Positions 1-8,640 of a DNA stretch of 24,000 bases are shown in pieces. The translations under genes and the position numbers were made by a program. This DNA comes from Nitrososphaerota archaeon. Lineage in GTDB: Archaea; Thermoproteota; Nitrososphaeria_A; Caldarchaeales; Calditenuaceae. Positions within the stretch are counted from its first letter, which is position 1, and every line of letters starts with the position of its first letter. Where the stretch lies: contig JAVQSZ010000005.1 in NCBI GenBank assembly GCA_033581555.1, forward strand, positions 111,537 through 135,536, read 5' to 3'. Under the pieces are notes generated by a model that saw nothing but the letters and a program-made list of their open reading frames with translations, was not told the origin of the DNA and did not search any database.

Positions 1-681
1 TAGCGAGAAGGCGACGACCGCGTGGGCCCACCAGACCCAGGCGTAGAGACCGGAGGCGACCGCTTCAGGTACCTCGAGGGCCGAGAGCGATGCAGCGACC
101 GCGTTCCCGACGAACGAGTAGCCGGCCCAGGGGACCTCTTTGACGTGGAGCCTGAGCCCCTCCATCACGAACCCCGAAACCCCGATGAACAGGATCCCGT
201 AGAGGTAGGCGTAGTACTCGAGCTTCTGCCTGAGCCTCTTCACCCCTGAGTACCTCCTGCCCAGCGCGACGACGACCCCGTACATCATCAGGACGCCGAA
301 GAGGTCCATCGCGAACTCGAAGGCGACGTAGCCCGTCCCCTGCAGGAGCTTTCCTCCGAGCCTCTCGAAGACGTCGAAGTCGATCGCAACCAGCACGGTC
401 CCGATGAAGAGGACGAGGATGCCGTAGCTGAGCGCGACGTGCATCACGCCCGGTCCGATCTCCCTCAGGAGTCTCCTCTGCGCAACCGCGTACTTCGCCA
501 CCCCCTTCAGCCAAGCGACCGGGTCCCTGAGCACCGCCTTCAGCGCCTCCCATCCGTACTCGGACATCTTCAGGTAGAAGCCGTAGAGGAAGACGGCCGC
601 GAACGGCAGCAGGACGAGGTACATCGCGACCTCGGTCCACTCCGGGAGGAGGGCGAAGTTCTCCCTCGCGGGGACCTCCAC
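1..681 (-). CDS. Partial polytopic membrane protein, similar to the N-terminal cytochrome-b/NarI-like domain of heterodisulfide-reductase-related Fe-S proteins (continues past window start)
   Basis: Minus-strand open frame absent from the supplied track: VEVPARENFALLPEWTEVAMYLVLLPFAAVFLYGFYLK...GPGVMHVALSYGILVLFIGTVLVAIDFDVF...GILFIGVSGFVMEGLRLHVKEVPWAGYSFVGNAVA...GLYAWVWWAHAVVAFSL. Several hydrophobic helices; GTG start at 679-681 with an AT box (GTTTTTA) about 24-30 nt upstream. Confidence 0.6.
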   Translation of the reverse strand, partial: MEVPARENFALLPEWTEVAMYLVLLPFAAVFLYGFYLKMSEYGWEALKAVLRDPVAWLKGVAKYAVAQRRLLREIGPGVMHVALSYGILVLFIGTVLVAIDFDVFERLGGKLLQGTGYVAFEFAMDLFGVLMMYGVVVALGRRYSGVKRLRQKLEYYAYLYGILFIGVSGFVMEGLRLHVKEVPWAGYSFVGNAVAASLSALEVPEAVASGLYAWVWWAHAVVAFSL

Positions 682-781
682 GGGTTTAGCGGCCTCACCG
701 GAGCTAAAAACGGTGCTCCGGAGTGCGCGGCGCGCGTTGGTCGGCCGCAGCCTTATACCCGGGTCTACCCGGGCCGAGGTC

Positions 782-1336
782 GTGGAGGTAAGGGTCCTCG
801 AGTCGAGGAGGATCTACTCGGGGAGGACGGTGGGCCTGAGGGTGGAGAGGGTCTCGGTGGACGGGAGGGTAGTCCTCAGGGAGATAGTGGAGCACCGGGG
901 GGCAGCAGTGATAGTCCCGATCCGTGACGACGGAAGGCTGGTCCTGGTCAAGCAGTACAGGCGGCCGGTCGACGAGGAGGTCCTCGAGTTCCCCGCAGGG
1001 ACGCTCGAGCCCGGCGAGGACCCGGAGGGCTGCGCGAAAAGGGAGCTCCTGGAGGAGACCGGACACGAGGCCCTCTCCCTCGAGAGGCTCGCGACCGTAT
1101 ACCCCGCTCCCGGGTACTCGGAGGAGGCGATGCACCTCTTCCTGGCCAGAGCGGTCCCTAAAGGGGGTCTCGCGCTGGAGGACGACGAGGACCTGAGGGT
1201 CGTGACGCTGACGCTCGAGGAGCTGATCGGGATGGCGCTGAGGGGAGAGGTCAGGGACGCGAAGACGATCGTCGGCGCCTTCCTGCTGAGGGAGAGGTTG
1301 GGCCGAGGGAGCCAACCGGCGTCCGGGTTCCGGTGA
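782..1336 (+). CDS. NUDIX hydrolase, ADP-ribose pyrophosphatase-like
   Basis: Nudix box GTLEPGEDPEGCAKRELLEETG within the 713..1336 ORF; likely start GTG at 782 about 26 nt after a CTTATAC box. Confidence 0.85.
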   Translation: MEVRVLESRRIYSGRTVGLRVERVSVDGRVVLREIVEHRGAAVIVPIRDDGRLVLVKQYRRPVDEEVLEFPAGTLEPGEDPEGCAKRELLEETGHEALSLERLATVYPAPGYSEEAMHLFLARAVPKGGLALEDDEDLRVVTLTLEELIGMALRGEVRDAKTIVGAFLLRERLGRGSQPASGFR

Positions 1337-1371
1337 CACGTTTATCAGACGTCCCGGAGACACATCCGCGG

Positions 1372-2433
1372 ATGAAGGTAACCGCTGAGGACGTGCTGAG
1401 GGCGCTGAAGCAGGTGAAGGACCCGGAGCTCGGGGTCGACGTGGTGCAGATGGGGATGATCAAGGACCTGAAGGTGAAGGACGGCCACGTCTCCTTCACG
1501 CTCGAGCTGACCACCCCAGCCTGTCCCTACAACGAGGAGCTGAAGTCGGCGGTCCTAAAGGCCGTAGAGTCGGTGAAGGGCGTCGAGAGGGTCTCGATGG
1601 AGGTGAAGTCGAGGGTGCTGAGCGTCAGGCCCCAGAGCCAGGCCCTGAACCCGATACCCTCGGTGAAGAACGTGATCGCGGTCGCCAGCGGCAAGGGAGG
1701 GGTGGGGAAGTCCACGATCGCGGTGAACCTCGCCGTCGCGCTCTCGGAGGCGGGGGCCGCGACGGGCCTGCTGGACGCGGACGTCTACGGCCCGACCATA
1801 CCCAGGTTCATCAGGGGTTACGACTTCTCCTCGAGCGTCAGGGGCAACAAGGTCGAGCCGGCCAGGGGACCGCTCGGCGTGAAGATGATGTCACTCGGCT
1901 TGATAGTGACCGACGACACCCCCGTCATCTGGAGGGGGCCGCTCGTGGGGACGACCGTGAGGCAGCTGATCACCGACGTCGACTGGGGCGAGCTCGACTA
2001 CCTGATCGTCGACCTCCCGCCGGGCACCGGGGACGCGCCGCTGACGCTCGCTCAGACCGTCCCGCTGAGCGGGGTGGTGATCGTCACGACTCCGCAGAAG
2101 GCCGCGGTCACGATAGCGATGAAGGCGCTGAGGATGTTCCAGAGGCTGAACGTCAACGTCATCGGGATAGTGGAGAACATGTCCTACGTCAGGTGCTCCG
2201 ACTGCGGAAAGACGATCCGGGTCTTCGGGGAGAGCTACGCGAGGAGGGCAGCGCTGGAGGCCGGCGTTCCGCTCTTGGCCGAGGTCCCCCTGCTCGAGTC
2301 GATCCTCGAGGGGAGCGAGGACGGGACGCCAGTGATCGTGAGGGACCCGAAGTCCGAGGCCGCGGAGGTCTTCAGGGCACTCGCGAGGAGGGTCGCGGGG
2401 AGGGTGAGCGTCATTGCCGCCGGCGGAAGGTGA
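1372..2433 (+). CDS. Mrp/NBP35/ApbC-family P-loop ATPase with N-terminal MIP18/DUF59 domain
   Basis: N-terminal DVLRALKQVKDPELGVDVVQMGMIKDLKV...ELTTPACPYNEEL (DUF59), then VIAVASGKGGVGKSTIAVNLAVAL, LLDADVYGPTIPR, DYLIVDLPPGTGD. The track ORF starts at 1333; ATG at 1372 is preferred because a GTTTATC box lies about 27-34 nt upstream. Confidence 0.92.
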   Translation: MKVTAEDVLRALKQVKDPELGVDVVQMGMIKDLKVKDGHVSFTLELTTPACPYNEELKSAVLKAVESVKGVERVSMEVKSRVLSVRPQSQALNPIPSVKNVIAVASGKGGVGKSTIAVNLAVALSEAGAATGLLDADVYGPTIPRFIRGYDFSSSVRGNKVEPARGPLGVKMMSLGLIVTDDTPVIWRGPLVGTTVRQLITDVDWGELDYLIVDLPPGTGDAPLTLAQTVPLSGVVIVTTPQKAAVTIAMKALRMFQRLNVNVIGIVENMSYVRCSDCGKTIRVFGESYARRAALEAGVPLLAEVPLLESILEGSEDGTPVIVRDPKSEAAEVFRALARRVAGRVSVIAAGGR

Positions 2434-2884
2434 GCGGTCGGAGCTCCTCTCGGTCCCGAGGACAGGCGTCTACGCGAAGGGTTCCCTCGACCTGGTCGCG
2501 GTCTACGATTCCCTGAGCTCGGCCTACGGCGACGGTTCCTCTGGCGCGCTGGCGACGTTCATGGGCATAGCTAGGTCGACGAGCAGGACCGGGAAGAGGG
2601 TCGTCGAGGTCGTGATAGAGGCCTACGTCGAGAACGCGGAGCTCGAGCTGCGCAGGATCGTCTCTGAGGCGACCGAGAGGCACAACCTGACCTTCGCGGG
2701 GATTTGGCACCTCTTGGGCCCCTTCAGGCCAGGGGAGCCGATCGTGCTGGTCGCCTCGATGGGCCCGAGGAGGAAAGGGGTGATGGACGCGCTAGCCGAG
2801 ATGGTCGAGCGGTACAAGAGGGAGCCGGCGCTCTTCAAGAAGGAGGTCTACGCTGACGGGACGTCGGAATGGGTGGAGGAGTAA
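2414..2884 (+). CDS. moaE: Molybdopterin synthase catalytic subunit MoaE-like protein
   Basis: GALATFMGIARSTSRTGKRVVEVVIEAY...WHLLGPFRPGEPIVLVASMGPRRKGVMDALAEMVERYKREPALFKKEVYADGTSEWVE matches the MoaE pattern. TTG start overlaps the end of the Mrp gene. Confidence 0.8.
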   Translation: MPPAEGERSELLSVPRTGVYAKGSLDLVAVYDSLSSAYGDGSSGALATFMGIARSTSRTGKRVVEVVIEAYVENAELELRRIVSEATERHNLTFAGIWHLLGPFRPGEPIVLVASMGPRRKGVMDALAEMVERYKREPALFKKEVYADGTSEWVEE

Positions 2885-3206
2885 CAGTCTCGCGTTCTCG
2901 ATGAGAACGCCTCCCTTCCTCGTTCTCCTTCGTTCCCAATCCCCTTCGCGAAGCTCTCTGCCACCTCGCTCCGCAGATTCAGGGGAGCCTCGGACTTCCG
3001 ATCTCTGGGCAAGGTTCCGAGCCCTACTTCGCCTCTTCGAGCCCTCCTGAGCCAGTCCCCGTCTGGGACTCGGCGTTGCCGCGCTCTTCGCAGCTCGGTG
3101 TGTATGGAGAAGAACGACGAGCCAGACACATCTCTGCTCATGACGCAGCGAGGCAGTCGACCCCCGAGATCGAGTGACCTCTCATCTCGCGGTAGCCCCC
3201 GACTCA
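2885..3206. other. Unassigned intergenic block with several inverted repeats; possible structured RNA or degraded sequence
   Basis: 322 nt between two convergent genes. Composition and codon pattern differ from flanking CDSs. Contains GCGTTCTC-GAT-GAGAACGC (2892-2910), CTTCGCGAAG (2944-2953), AGTCCC-CGTCT-GGGACT (3054-3070) and a CGAGAT...ATCTCG hairpin (3165-3189). Confidence 0.35.
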
Positions 3207-4211
3207 TCAGACGAACCTGAGCGACTCGACGCCGACGCCCTCGTAGGACCCGAGCAACAGCTGATAGGCAGTCCCCCTCTCGGACCGGACCTCCTCGAGC
3301 TTCGCCCTCACCGAGATCCTGTCGCCGGGCCTCAGCACCCCAGCGAGCCTCGCGAGGTACGTGACCAGCCTCTCGATCCCGAATACCCTCTCCTCGACCC
3401 TGTAGACCGAGGGCGTGAAGAGCGACTCAGAGTCGTCCACGACCTCGACGACCGTCTCGACGATCCCCTTCGAGGTGTATTGGACCTCGCCGTAGGCGTA
3501 CGGGGGCCTCTCCCTCACCCCGAAGACCGAGAACCTCGTCCCCGAGAAATCGCCCTTGTGGACAACCCTCGACGCCAGAAGCTCCGCCTGCTCCTTCGGT
3601 ATTCTCAGCTGCGACCTCAGGTGTGAGACCCACTCGGGGCCGACTCCGGTCTTCAGCCTCTCGTCCTTAGACTCCGCTAGCGCGTCCAGAACCCTCCTCG
3701 TGTTGGACCCGCCGTGCACGACTAGGTCGACGTCTGAGCCCGAGTGCGCTATTCCGAGCAGGACCGAACCGGTCACGCCGAAGCCCTCCTCCGGGACGCC
3801 GGAGGCCTCGGAGAGCCAACCGATCAGCTCGACCGCCCTCCGCTCGAGCGAGCTCTCCGGCAGCGAACTCCTCGACCTCAGCAGCTCGACCGCCTTCTCG
3901 CTGGTCCTATAAACCCTGGTCACCTCGGCGAGCGGCGGCGCGATCACCTCGCTCCCCACCGAGGGGTCGAGGTAGACGTAGTCCGGCCTGACGGACCTCA
4001 CGAACTCGATCGACCTCAGGAGCTCCCTCACCGAGTACTCAACCAGCACCCTCGAGTAGGTCCTGCCGTTCGCTGAGCGCCACGGCCCTGGCCCCGCGAC
4101 GTACTTCAGGACCGCCCAGACCCTGTCCCTCGGGTGGACGTCGCCCAGCACCGAGAAGATCCAGCCTTCGGACGTGACGAAGTAGTCCTTGTCCCTGAGC
4201 GGCCGATCCAT
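3207..4211 (-). CDS. Predicted archaeal nucleotidyltransferase-domain protein
   Basis: 334-aa ORF with nucleotidyltransferase-like motif GVTGSVLLGIAHSGSDVDLVVHG (GS...DxD) and genome-typical codon usage. Confidence 0.65.
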   Translation of the reverse strand: MDRPLRDKDYFVTSEGWIFSVLGDVHPRDRVWAVLKYVAGPGPWRSANGRTYSRVLVEYSVRELLRSIEFVRSVRPDYVYLDPSVGSEVIAPPLAEVTRVYRTSEKAVELLRSRSSLPESSLERRAVELIGWLSEASGVPEEGFGVTGSVLLGIAHSGSDVDLVVHGGSNTRRVLDALAESKDERLKTGVGPEWVSHLRSQLRIPKEQAELLASRVVHKGDFSGTRFSVFGVRERPPYAYGEVQYTSKGIVETVVEVVDDSESLFTPSVYRVEERVFGIERLVTYLARLAGVLRPGDRISVRAKLEEVRSERGTAYQLLLGSYEGVGVESLRFV

Positions 4212-4237
4212 CCTCGTTTCTCTCCAGCCTCAAGCAG

Positions 4238-5800
4238 CTATTTCCTGTTAGCCTGCAGCGCATACCTGTAGCCGTCGGAGATCGCCGCGAGGCTCGCCTC
4301 GATCACGTTCCTCGAGACTGAGGTCGTCCTCCACGCCGAGCCGTTCCCCGAGAACTCGACGATGACCCGCACCGGGGCCGCCGTGCCCTCGAAGCCGTCG
4401 ACGACGCTGACCTTGTAGTCCGTCAGCCCGACCCCCTCGAGCTCGGGGAAGCAGGAGAGGAGCGCGCTCCTGATCGCGCCGTCCAGCGCGTGGACCGGCC
4501 CGACCCCCTCGCTGGAGGCCCTGTGGACGCGGCCGTCGACCTCGATCGCGACCGACGACCTGGCCGAAGGTCCCTCTGGGCCCTCAACCTCTACGGACCA
4601 CTCGACGACCCTGAACCCCTCCCTGAACAGGCCGGCGGCGCGAAGGAGGAGCAGCTCCACCGTCGCCTCCGCGCCCTCGAGGTGATAGCCCAGCGACTCG
4701 AGCCGCTTCACCTCCTCGAGCACCGCAGTGACCTGCTCCTCAGCGAGCCTTATCCCGACCCTCGAGGCGACGTACCTCACCGTCGACCTCCCCGAGAGCT
4801 CCGAGACCGAGAAGCTCCTCTCGTTCCCGACCGCTGAGGGGTCCAGGTGCTCGTAGGCCCTGGTGACCTTCAGGACCGCGTCGACGTGCACGCCGGCCTT
4901 GTGGGCGAAGGCGTTCCTCCCGACGTAGGGGTGATTGTCCGCAATCCTGAGGTTCAGGAGGTCCGCGACCGACCTCGAGACCCGCGTCAGGCGCCTCAGG
5001 GCCTCAGTCCTTCCCTTGAGGACCGAGAGGCCCATCTTGTAGGCGACGTTCGGGAGCACCTGGCAGAGGTCCGCGTTCCCGCACCTCTCCCCGACCCCCA
5101 GAAGTGTCCCTTGGACGTGCCTCGCGCCGCTCCTCACCGCGACGAGCGTGTTGGCGACCGCGCAGCCAGCGTCGTTGTGGGCGTGTATCCCGATGTGCGC
5201 GTCCGGGAGTCGTCCCCTCACCTCCTCGACCGCCCTCTCCACCTCCCAGGGCATCGAGCCGCCGTTGGTGTCGCAGAGGGTCAGCGTCCTCGCCCCTGCG
5301 TCTGCCGCGGCCCTCAACACCGACATCGCGTACTCCGGCGACTCCTTCCACCCGTCGAAGAAGTGCTCCGCGTCGAAGACCACTTCCGTCCCGTGGTCCC
5401 TCAGGTACTCAACGGTCTCGGAGACCATCTCGAGGTTCTCCTCCGGAGTGCACCTCAGGACCTCGGACACGTGGAGCGTCCAGGACTTCCCGAAGACGAC
5501 CGCGACCGGCACCTCGGACTCGACGACCTCGTTCAGCGAGGGGTCCTCATCAGCCCTGATCCCCTTCCTCCTCGTCGAGCAGAAAGCAGCGATCCTGCTG
5601 TTCTTCAGGGAGACGCCCCTCAGGGCCCTGAAGAGCCCGGCGTCCTTGGGGTTCGAGCCCGGCCACCCCGCCTCGATGACGTCGACGCCCAGCTCGTCCA
5701 GCCTCTCGATCACCCTGAGCTTCTCCTGCAGCGAGAAGGTTATCCCTCTGGTCTGCGCGCCGTCCCTAAGGGTGGTGTCCAGAGTCTCGACGTAATCGAT
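4238..5800 (-). CDS. cimA: Citramalate synthase / 2-isopropylmalate synthase family protein (alpha-IPMS-like, with C-terminal regulatory domain)
   Basis: Frame reads IDYVETLDTTLRDGAQTRGITFSLQEKLRVIERLDELGVDVIEAGWPGSNPKD...LCDTNGG...GIHAHNDAGCAVANTLVAVRSGARHVQGTLLGVGERCGNADL. Track start (5713) is internal; the conserved DTTLRDG motif lies upstream of it, and the exact 5' end is unresolved because no canonical start codon exists (see findings). Confidence 0.88.
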   Translation of the reverse strand: MDYVETLDTTLRDGAQTRGITFSLQEKLRVIERLDELGVDVIEAGWPGSNPKDAGLFRALRGVSLKNSRIAAFCSTRRKGIRADEDPSLNEVVESEVPVAVVFGKSWTLHVSEVLRCTPEENLEMVSETVEYLRDHGTEVVFDAEHFFDGWKESPEYAMSVLRAAADAGARTLTLCDTNGGSMPWEVERAVEEVRGRLPDAHIGIHAHNDAGCAVANTLVAVRSGARHVQGTLLGVGERCGNADLCQVLPNVAYKMGLSVLKGRTEALRRLTRVSRSVADLLNLRIADNHPYVGRNAFAHKAGVHVDAVLKVTRAYEHLDPSAVGNERSFSVSELSGRSTVRYVASRVGIRLAEEQVTAVLEEVKRLESLGYHLEGAEATVELLLLRAAGLFREGFRVVEWSVEVEGPEGPSARSSVAIEVDGRVHRASSEGVGPVHALDGAIRSALLSCFPELEGVGLTDYKVSVVDGFEGTAAPVRVIVEFSGNGSAWRTTSVSRNVIEASLAAISDGYRYALQANRK

Positions 5801-5877
5801 CCGACCACCCCGCGACCCGCGGCGGAGTGCGCCACGATATCAACGTATGCTCCGCGCCGACGCCCACAGATCGCAGA

Positions 5878-5892
5878 GCTTAGGTAAATTAC
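5878..5892. promoter_or_regulatory. AT-rich shared promoter region between the divergent synthase gene and P-type ATPase
   Basis: gcttaggtaaattac; TAGGTAAATT (5881-5890) lies about 18-27 nt upstream of the GTG at 5908. Confidence 0.45.
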
Positions 5893-5907
5893 CCCCGGGT
5901 CCGGCAA

Positions 5908-8640
5908 GTGGAGGGGTTGTCCGGGACCGAGGCGGAGTTCCACGCGCTCGAGGCGGAGGAGGTGGCTAGGCGGTTCAGGGTCGACCCTGCCAGGGGCCTG
6001 GACCAAAGGGAGGTCGAGGAGAGGCTGAGGAGGTTCGGCCCCAACGTGATCGTCGAGGCGAAGAAGCCGAGCCCGGTCCTGCTCTTCCTCAGGCAGTTCG
6101 CGAACCTGCTGATCCTGATCCTACTGGTCGCGACCACGATCACCGCCTTCCTCGGCGAGGTGATCGAGGCGGTCGTGATCGGCGTAATCGTCCTCTTCAT
6201 CGGCGTCGTGGGGTTCGTCCAGGAGTACAGGGCCGAGAGGGCGCTCGAGAGGCTGAAGGAGCTGACCGCCCCGACCTGCAGGGTCCTGAGGGACGGCGAG
6301 GTGGTCACGGTTCCGGCGCATCAGGTCGTTCCCGGCGACGTCCTGGTCCTCGGCGAGGGAGACATCGTGGCCGCCGACGGGAGACTCGTCGAGTCTCACG
6401 GGCTCAAGGTCGACGAGTCCGCGCTCACGGGGGAGTCGGTCCCCGTCGAGAAGGTGACCAGGGCCCTCCCCAGGGACGTCCCGCTCGGCGACAGGGTCAA
6501 CTCGGTCTACGCGGGGACGCTCGTCGTCTCAGGGCGGGGGAAGGCGGTCGTCACGGCGACCGGCAAGTCGACCGAGTTCGGGAAGGTGGCAGCGTACACG
6601 CTCGCGGTCGAGGAGGAGCGGACGCCCCTCGAGGCCAGGATGAACGAGCTTGGGAGGAAGTTCGGGCTGCTGGCCCTCGTGATCATCGCGGTGCTCTTCG
6701 TCCTGGAGCTCGCCGAGTCGCTGCTCTTCGGCGGCTTCACCCTCGAGTTCCTGATAGAGGTCTTCCTCTTCAGCGTCGCCCTCGCGGTCGCCGCGGTCCC
6801 CGAGGCCCTCCCGGCCGTCGTCACCGCGTCCCTCGCGATCGGTGCGTGGACGCTCGCGAAGCACGGCGCGCTGGTGAAGAGGCTCGCGGCGGTCGAGAGC
6901 CTCGGGTCGACGCAGGTGATGTGCTTCGACAAGACCGGAACCCTCACGAAAGGCGAGCAGACAGTCAGGGCCGTCTACGTCGACGGAAGGCTCCTCTCCG
7001 TGACCGGGACTGGTTTCAACGTCGAGGGCTCGATCGAGGGCGCCGACCGGAACTCGAGGGCCTTCGGGGAGCTGATGAGGGCCTCGGTCCTCTGCAACGA
7101 CGCGACCGTGACCAACGCCGACGGCAGGTGGAGGCACTCCGGCGACCCCACGGAGGTGGCCCTGCTCTTCATGGCCTTGAAGGCCGGCGTCGACGTCGAG
7201 TCGCTGAGGAGGGCTCACCCAAGGGTCTCTGAGAACCCGTTCACCAGCGAGCGGAAGATGATGTCCACGGTGAACCTCGTCGACGGCAGGAAGGTCGCGT
7301 TCGTCAAGGGAGCCCCCGAGGTCGTGATCGAGAGGTGCGTCGCGGCCCTCACCGGGAAAGGCGTCGTCCCGATGACACCCTTGATGAGGTCCGAGCTGAT
7401 TGAGGTCAACGAGCGGCTCGCGTCGGAGGGGATGAGGGTCCTCGCGTTCGGGTACAGGGACGCGGAGGGCGTCAAGGGCGAGGAGGCCGAGAGGGACCTC
7501 GTCTTCATAGGGATGGCAGGCATGATCGACCCGCCGAGACCCGAGGCGATCGAGGCGATAGGGGTGGCTAAGTCCGCGGGCGTGAAGCCCGTGATGATAA
7601 CCGGAGACCATAGGCTCACTGCGATCGCGGTCGCGAGGGAATGCGGCATCGATACCGAGCACGTCATGACCGGGAGGGAGTTGGACATGATGACGGCGGA
7701 GGAGCTCGCCGAACACATCGAGAAGGTGACCGTCTACGCGAGGACCTCCCCAGTCCAGAAGCTGAAGATCGTGGAGGGGTGGAAGCTGAAGGACGCGGTC
7801 GTGGCGATGACGGGAGACGGCGTCAACGACGCACCGGCGCTGAAGAGGGCCGATATCGGGGTCGCAATGGGGATAAGGGGTACTGCGGTCGCGAAGGAGT
7901 CCTCAGACCTGATCCTCACCGACGACAGCCTCGCCACGCTGGTGAAGGCGATCGAGCTCGGGAGGTGGATAATGGACAACATCAAGCGCTACCTCGCGTA
8001 CCTCCTCCAGGCGAACCTCGTCGAGATCGTCGTCCTCTCGTTCACCACCCTCTTCCTCCTCAGGTACCTGGGGTACTCGGGAGAGGAGGCCCTCGCCCTG
8101 CTCCCGGTCCACATTCTCTACATCAACTTGGCCACCGACGGTCTTCCGGCCCTCGCGCTCGGGCTCAGTCCTCCCGACCCGGACCTGATGAGGAGACCTC
8201 CGATGAAGAGGGGCGAGAGCGTCTTCACGAGGGAGGTCGTCGAGTTCCTGATCAGGGCGCTGATCGTTGAGCCTCCGGTCATGATACTAGCATTCTACTC
8301 GGCCCTCCCGAACGGAATCGACGCCGCGAGGACCAGGCTCTTCCTCCTCTTCGTCGCGATCGAGCTGGTGGTGGCCTTGAGCTGCAGGTCTCTGAGGCAC
8401 CCGATAGTGAAGGTTAGGCCCCACAGGTGGCTGGTGCTCGCGGTCCTGTGGGAGGCGGTCCTGATCGGCCTACTGGTCTGGATCCCCTGGACGAGGGAGG
8501 CGCTGCACCTGACCGTGCCGACGCTGGAGGACCTGACCTGGATCCTGGCCGGAGGCGCGGTGACCTTCGCGTCAATAGAGCTGCTGAAGCTCGTGGTGAT
8601 CTCGAGGCACTCGCAGGCCCAGCGGTTCAGAGCTTCCTGA
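5908..8640 (+). CDS. P2-type cation-transporting ATPase (Ca2+-ATPase-like)
   Basis: [28 protein letters not shown]-like [41 protein letters not shown]4 [11 protein letters not shown]6 region [14 protein letters not shown]. Confidence 0.93.
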   Translation: MEGLSGTEAEFHALEAEEVARRFRVDPARGLDQREVEERLRRFGPNVIVEAKKPSPVLLFLRQFANLLILILLVATTITAFLGEVIEAVVIGVIVLFIGVVGFVQEYRAERALERLKELTAPTCRVLRDGEVVTVPAHQVVPGDVLVLGEGDIVAADGRLVESHGLKVDESALTGESVPVEKVTRALPRDVPLGDRVNSVYAGTLVVSGRGKAVVTATGKSTEFGKVAAYTLAVEEERTPLEARMNELGRKFGLLALVIIAVLFVLELAESLLFGGFTLEFLIEVFLFSVALAVAAVPEALPAVVTASLAIGAWTLAKHGALVKRLAAVESLGSTQVMCFDKTGTLTKGEQTVRAVYVDGRLLSVTGTGFNVEGSIEGADRNSRAFGELMRASVLCNDATVTNADGRWRHSGDPTEVALLFMALKAGVDVESLRRAHPRVSENPFTSERKMMSTVNLVDGRKVAFVKGAPEVVIERCVAALTGKGVVPMTPLMRSELIEVNERLASEGMRVLAFGYRDAEGVKGEEAERDLVFIGMAGMIDPPRPEAIEAIGVAKSAGVKPVMITGDHRLTAIAVARECGIDTEHVMTGRELDMMTAEELAEHIEKVTVYARTSPVQKLKIVEGWKLKDAVVAMTGDGVNDAPALKRADIGVAMGIRGTAVAKESSDLILTDDSLATLVKAIELGRWIMDNIKRYLAYLLQANLVEIVVLSFTTLFLLRYLGYSGEEALALLPVHILYINLATDGLPALALGLSPPDPDLMRRPPMKRGESVFTREVVEFLIRALIVEPPVMILAFYSALPNGIDAARTRLFLLFVAIELVVALSCRSLRHPIVKVRPHRWLVLAVLWEAVLIGLLVWIPWTREALHLTVPTLEDLTWILAGGAVTFASIELLKLVVISRHSQAQRFRAS

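Noticed and set aside
22-927. Track ORFs 22..249, 65..640, 439..927 and 704..1363 as coding genes
   Set aside because: They are out-of-phase Arg/Pro-rich frames typical of high-GC shadow ORFs; the frame with hydrophobic helices (minus, ending at 681) and the NUDIX frame explain this region.
2885-3206. Assignment as SRP RNA or RNase P RNA
   Set aside because: I could not find the expected conserved strings (SRP helix 8 GGAAG...GCAGC arrangement or RNase P GAGGAAAGUCC/ACAGAAA-type elements) with confidence, so it is left unassigned.
3199-3212. CTGATGAG resembling a hammerhead ribozyme core, seen on the minus strand
   Set aside because: It comes from the end of the nucleotidyltransferase CDS (TGA stop followed by TGA), and there is no GAAA(C) partner or three-helix arrangement.
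4490-5887. Plus-strand ORFs 4847..5887 (346 aa) and others antisense to the synthase gene
   Set aside because: Low-complexity Arg/Pro/Asp frames complementary to a clearly homologous CDS; GC-driven artefacts.
6529-7716. 395-aa minus-strand ORF antisense to the P-type ATPase
   Set aside because: Overlaps an unmistakable P-type ATPase; composition (His/Arg/Asp-rich) is that of a shadow frame.
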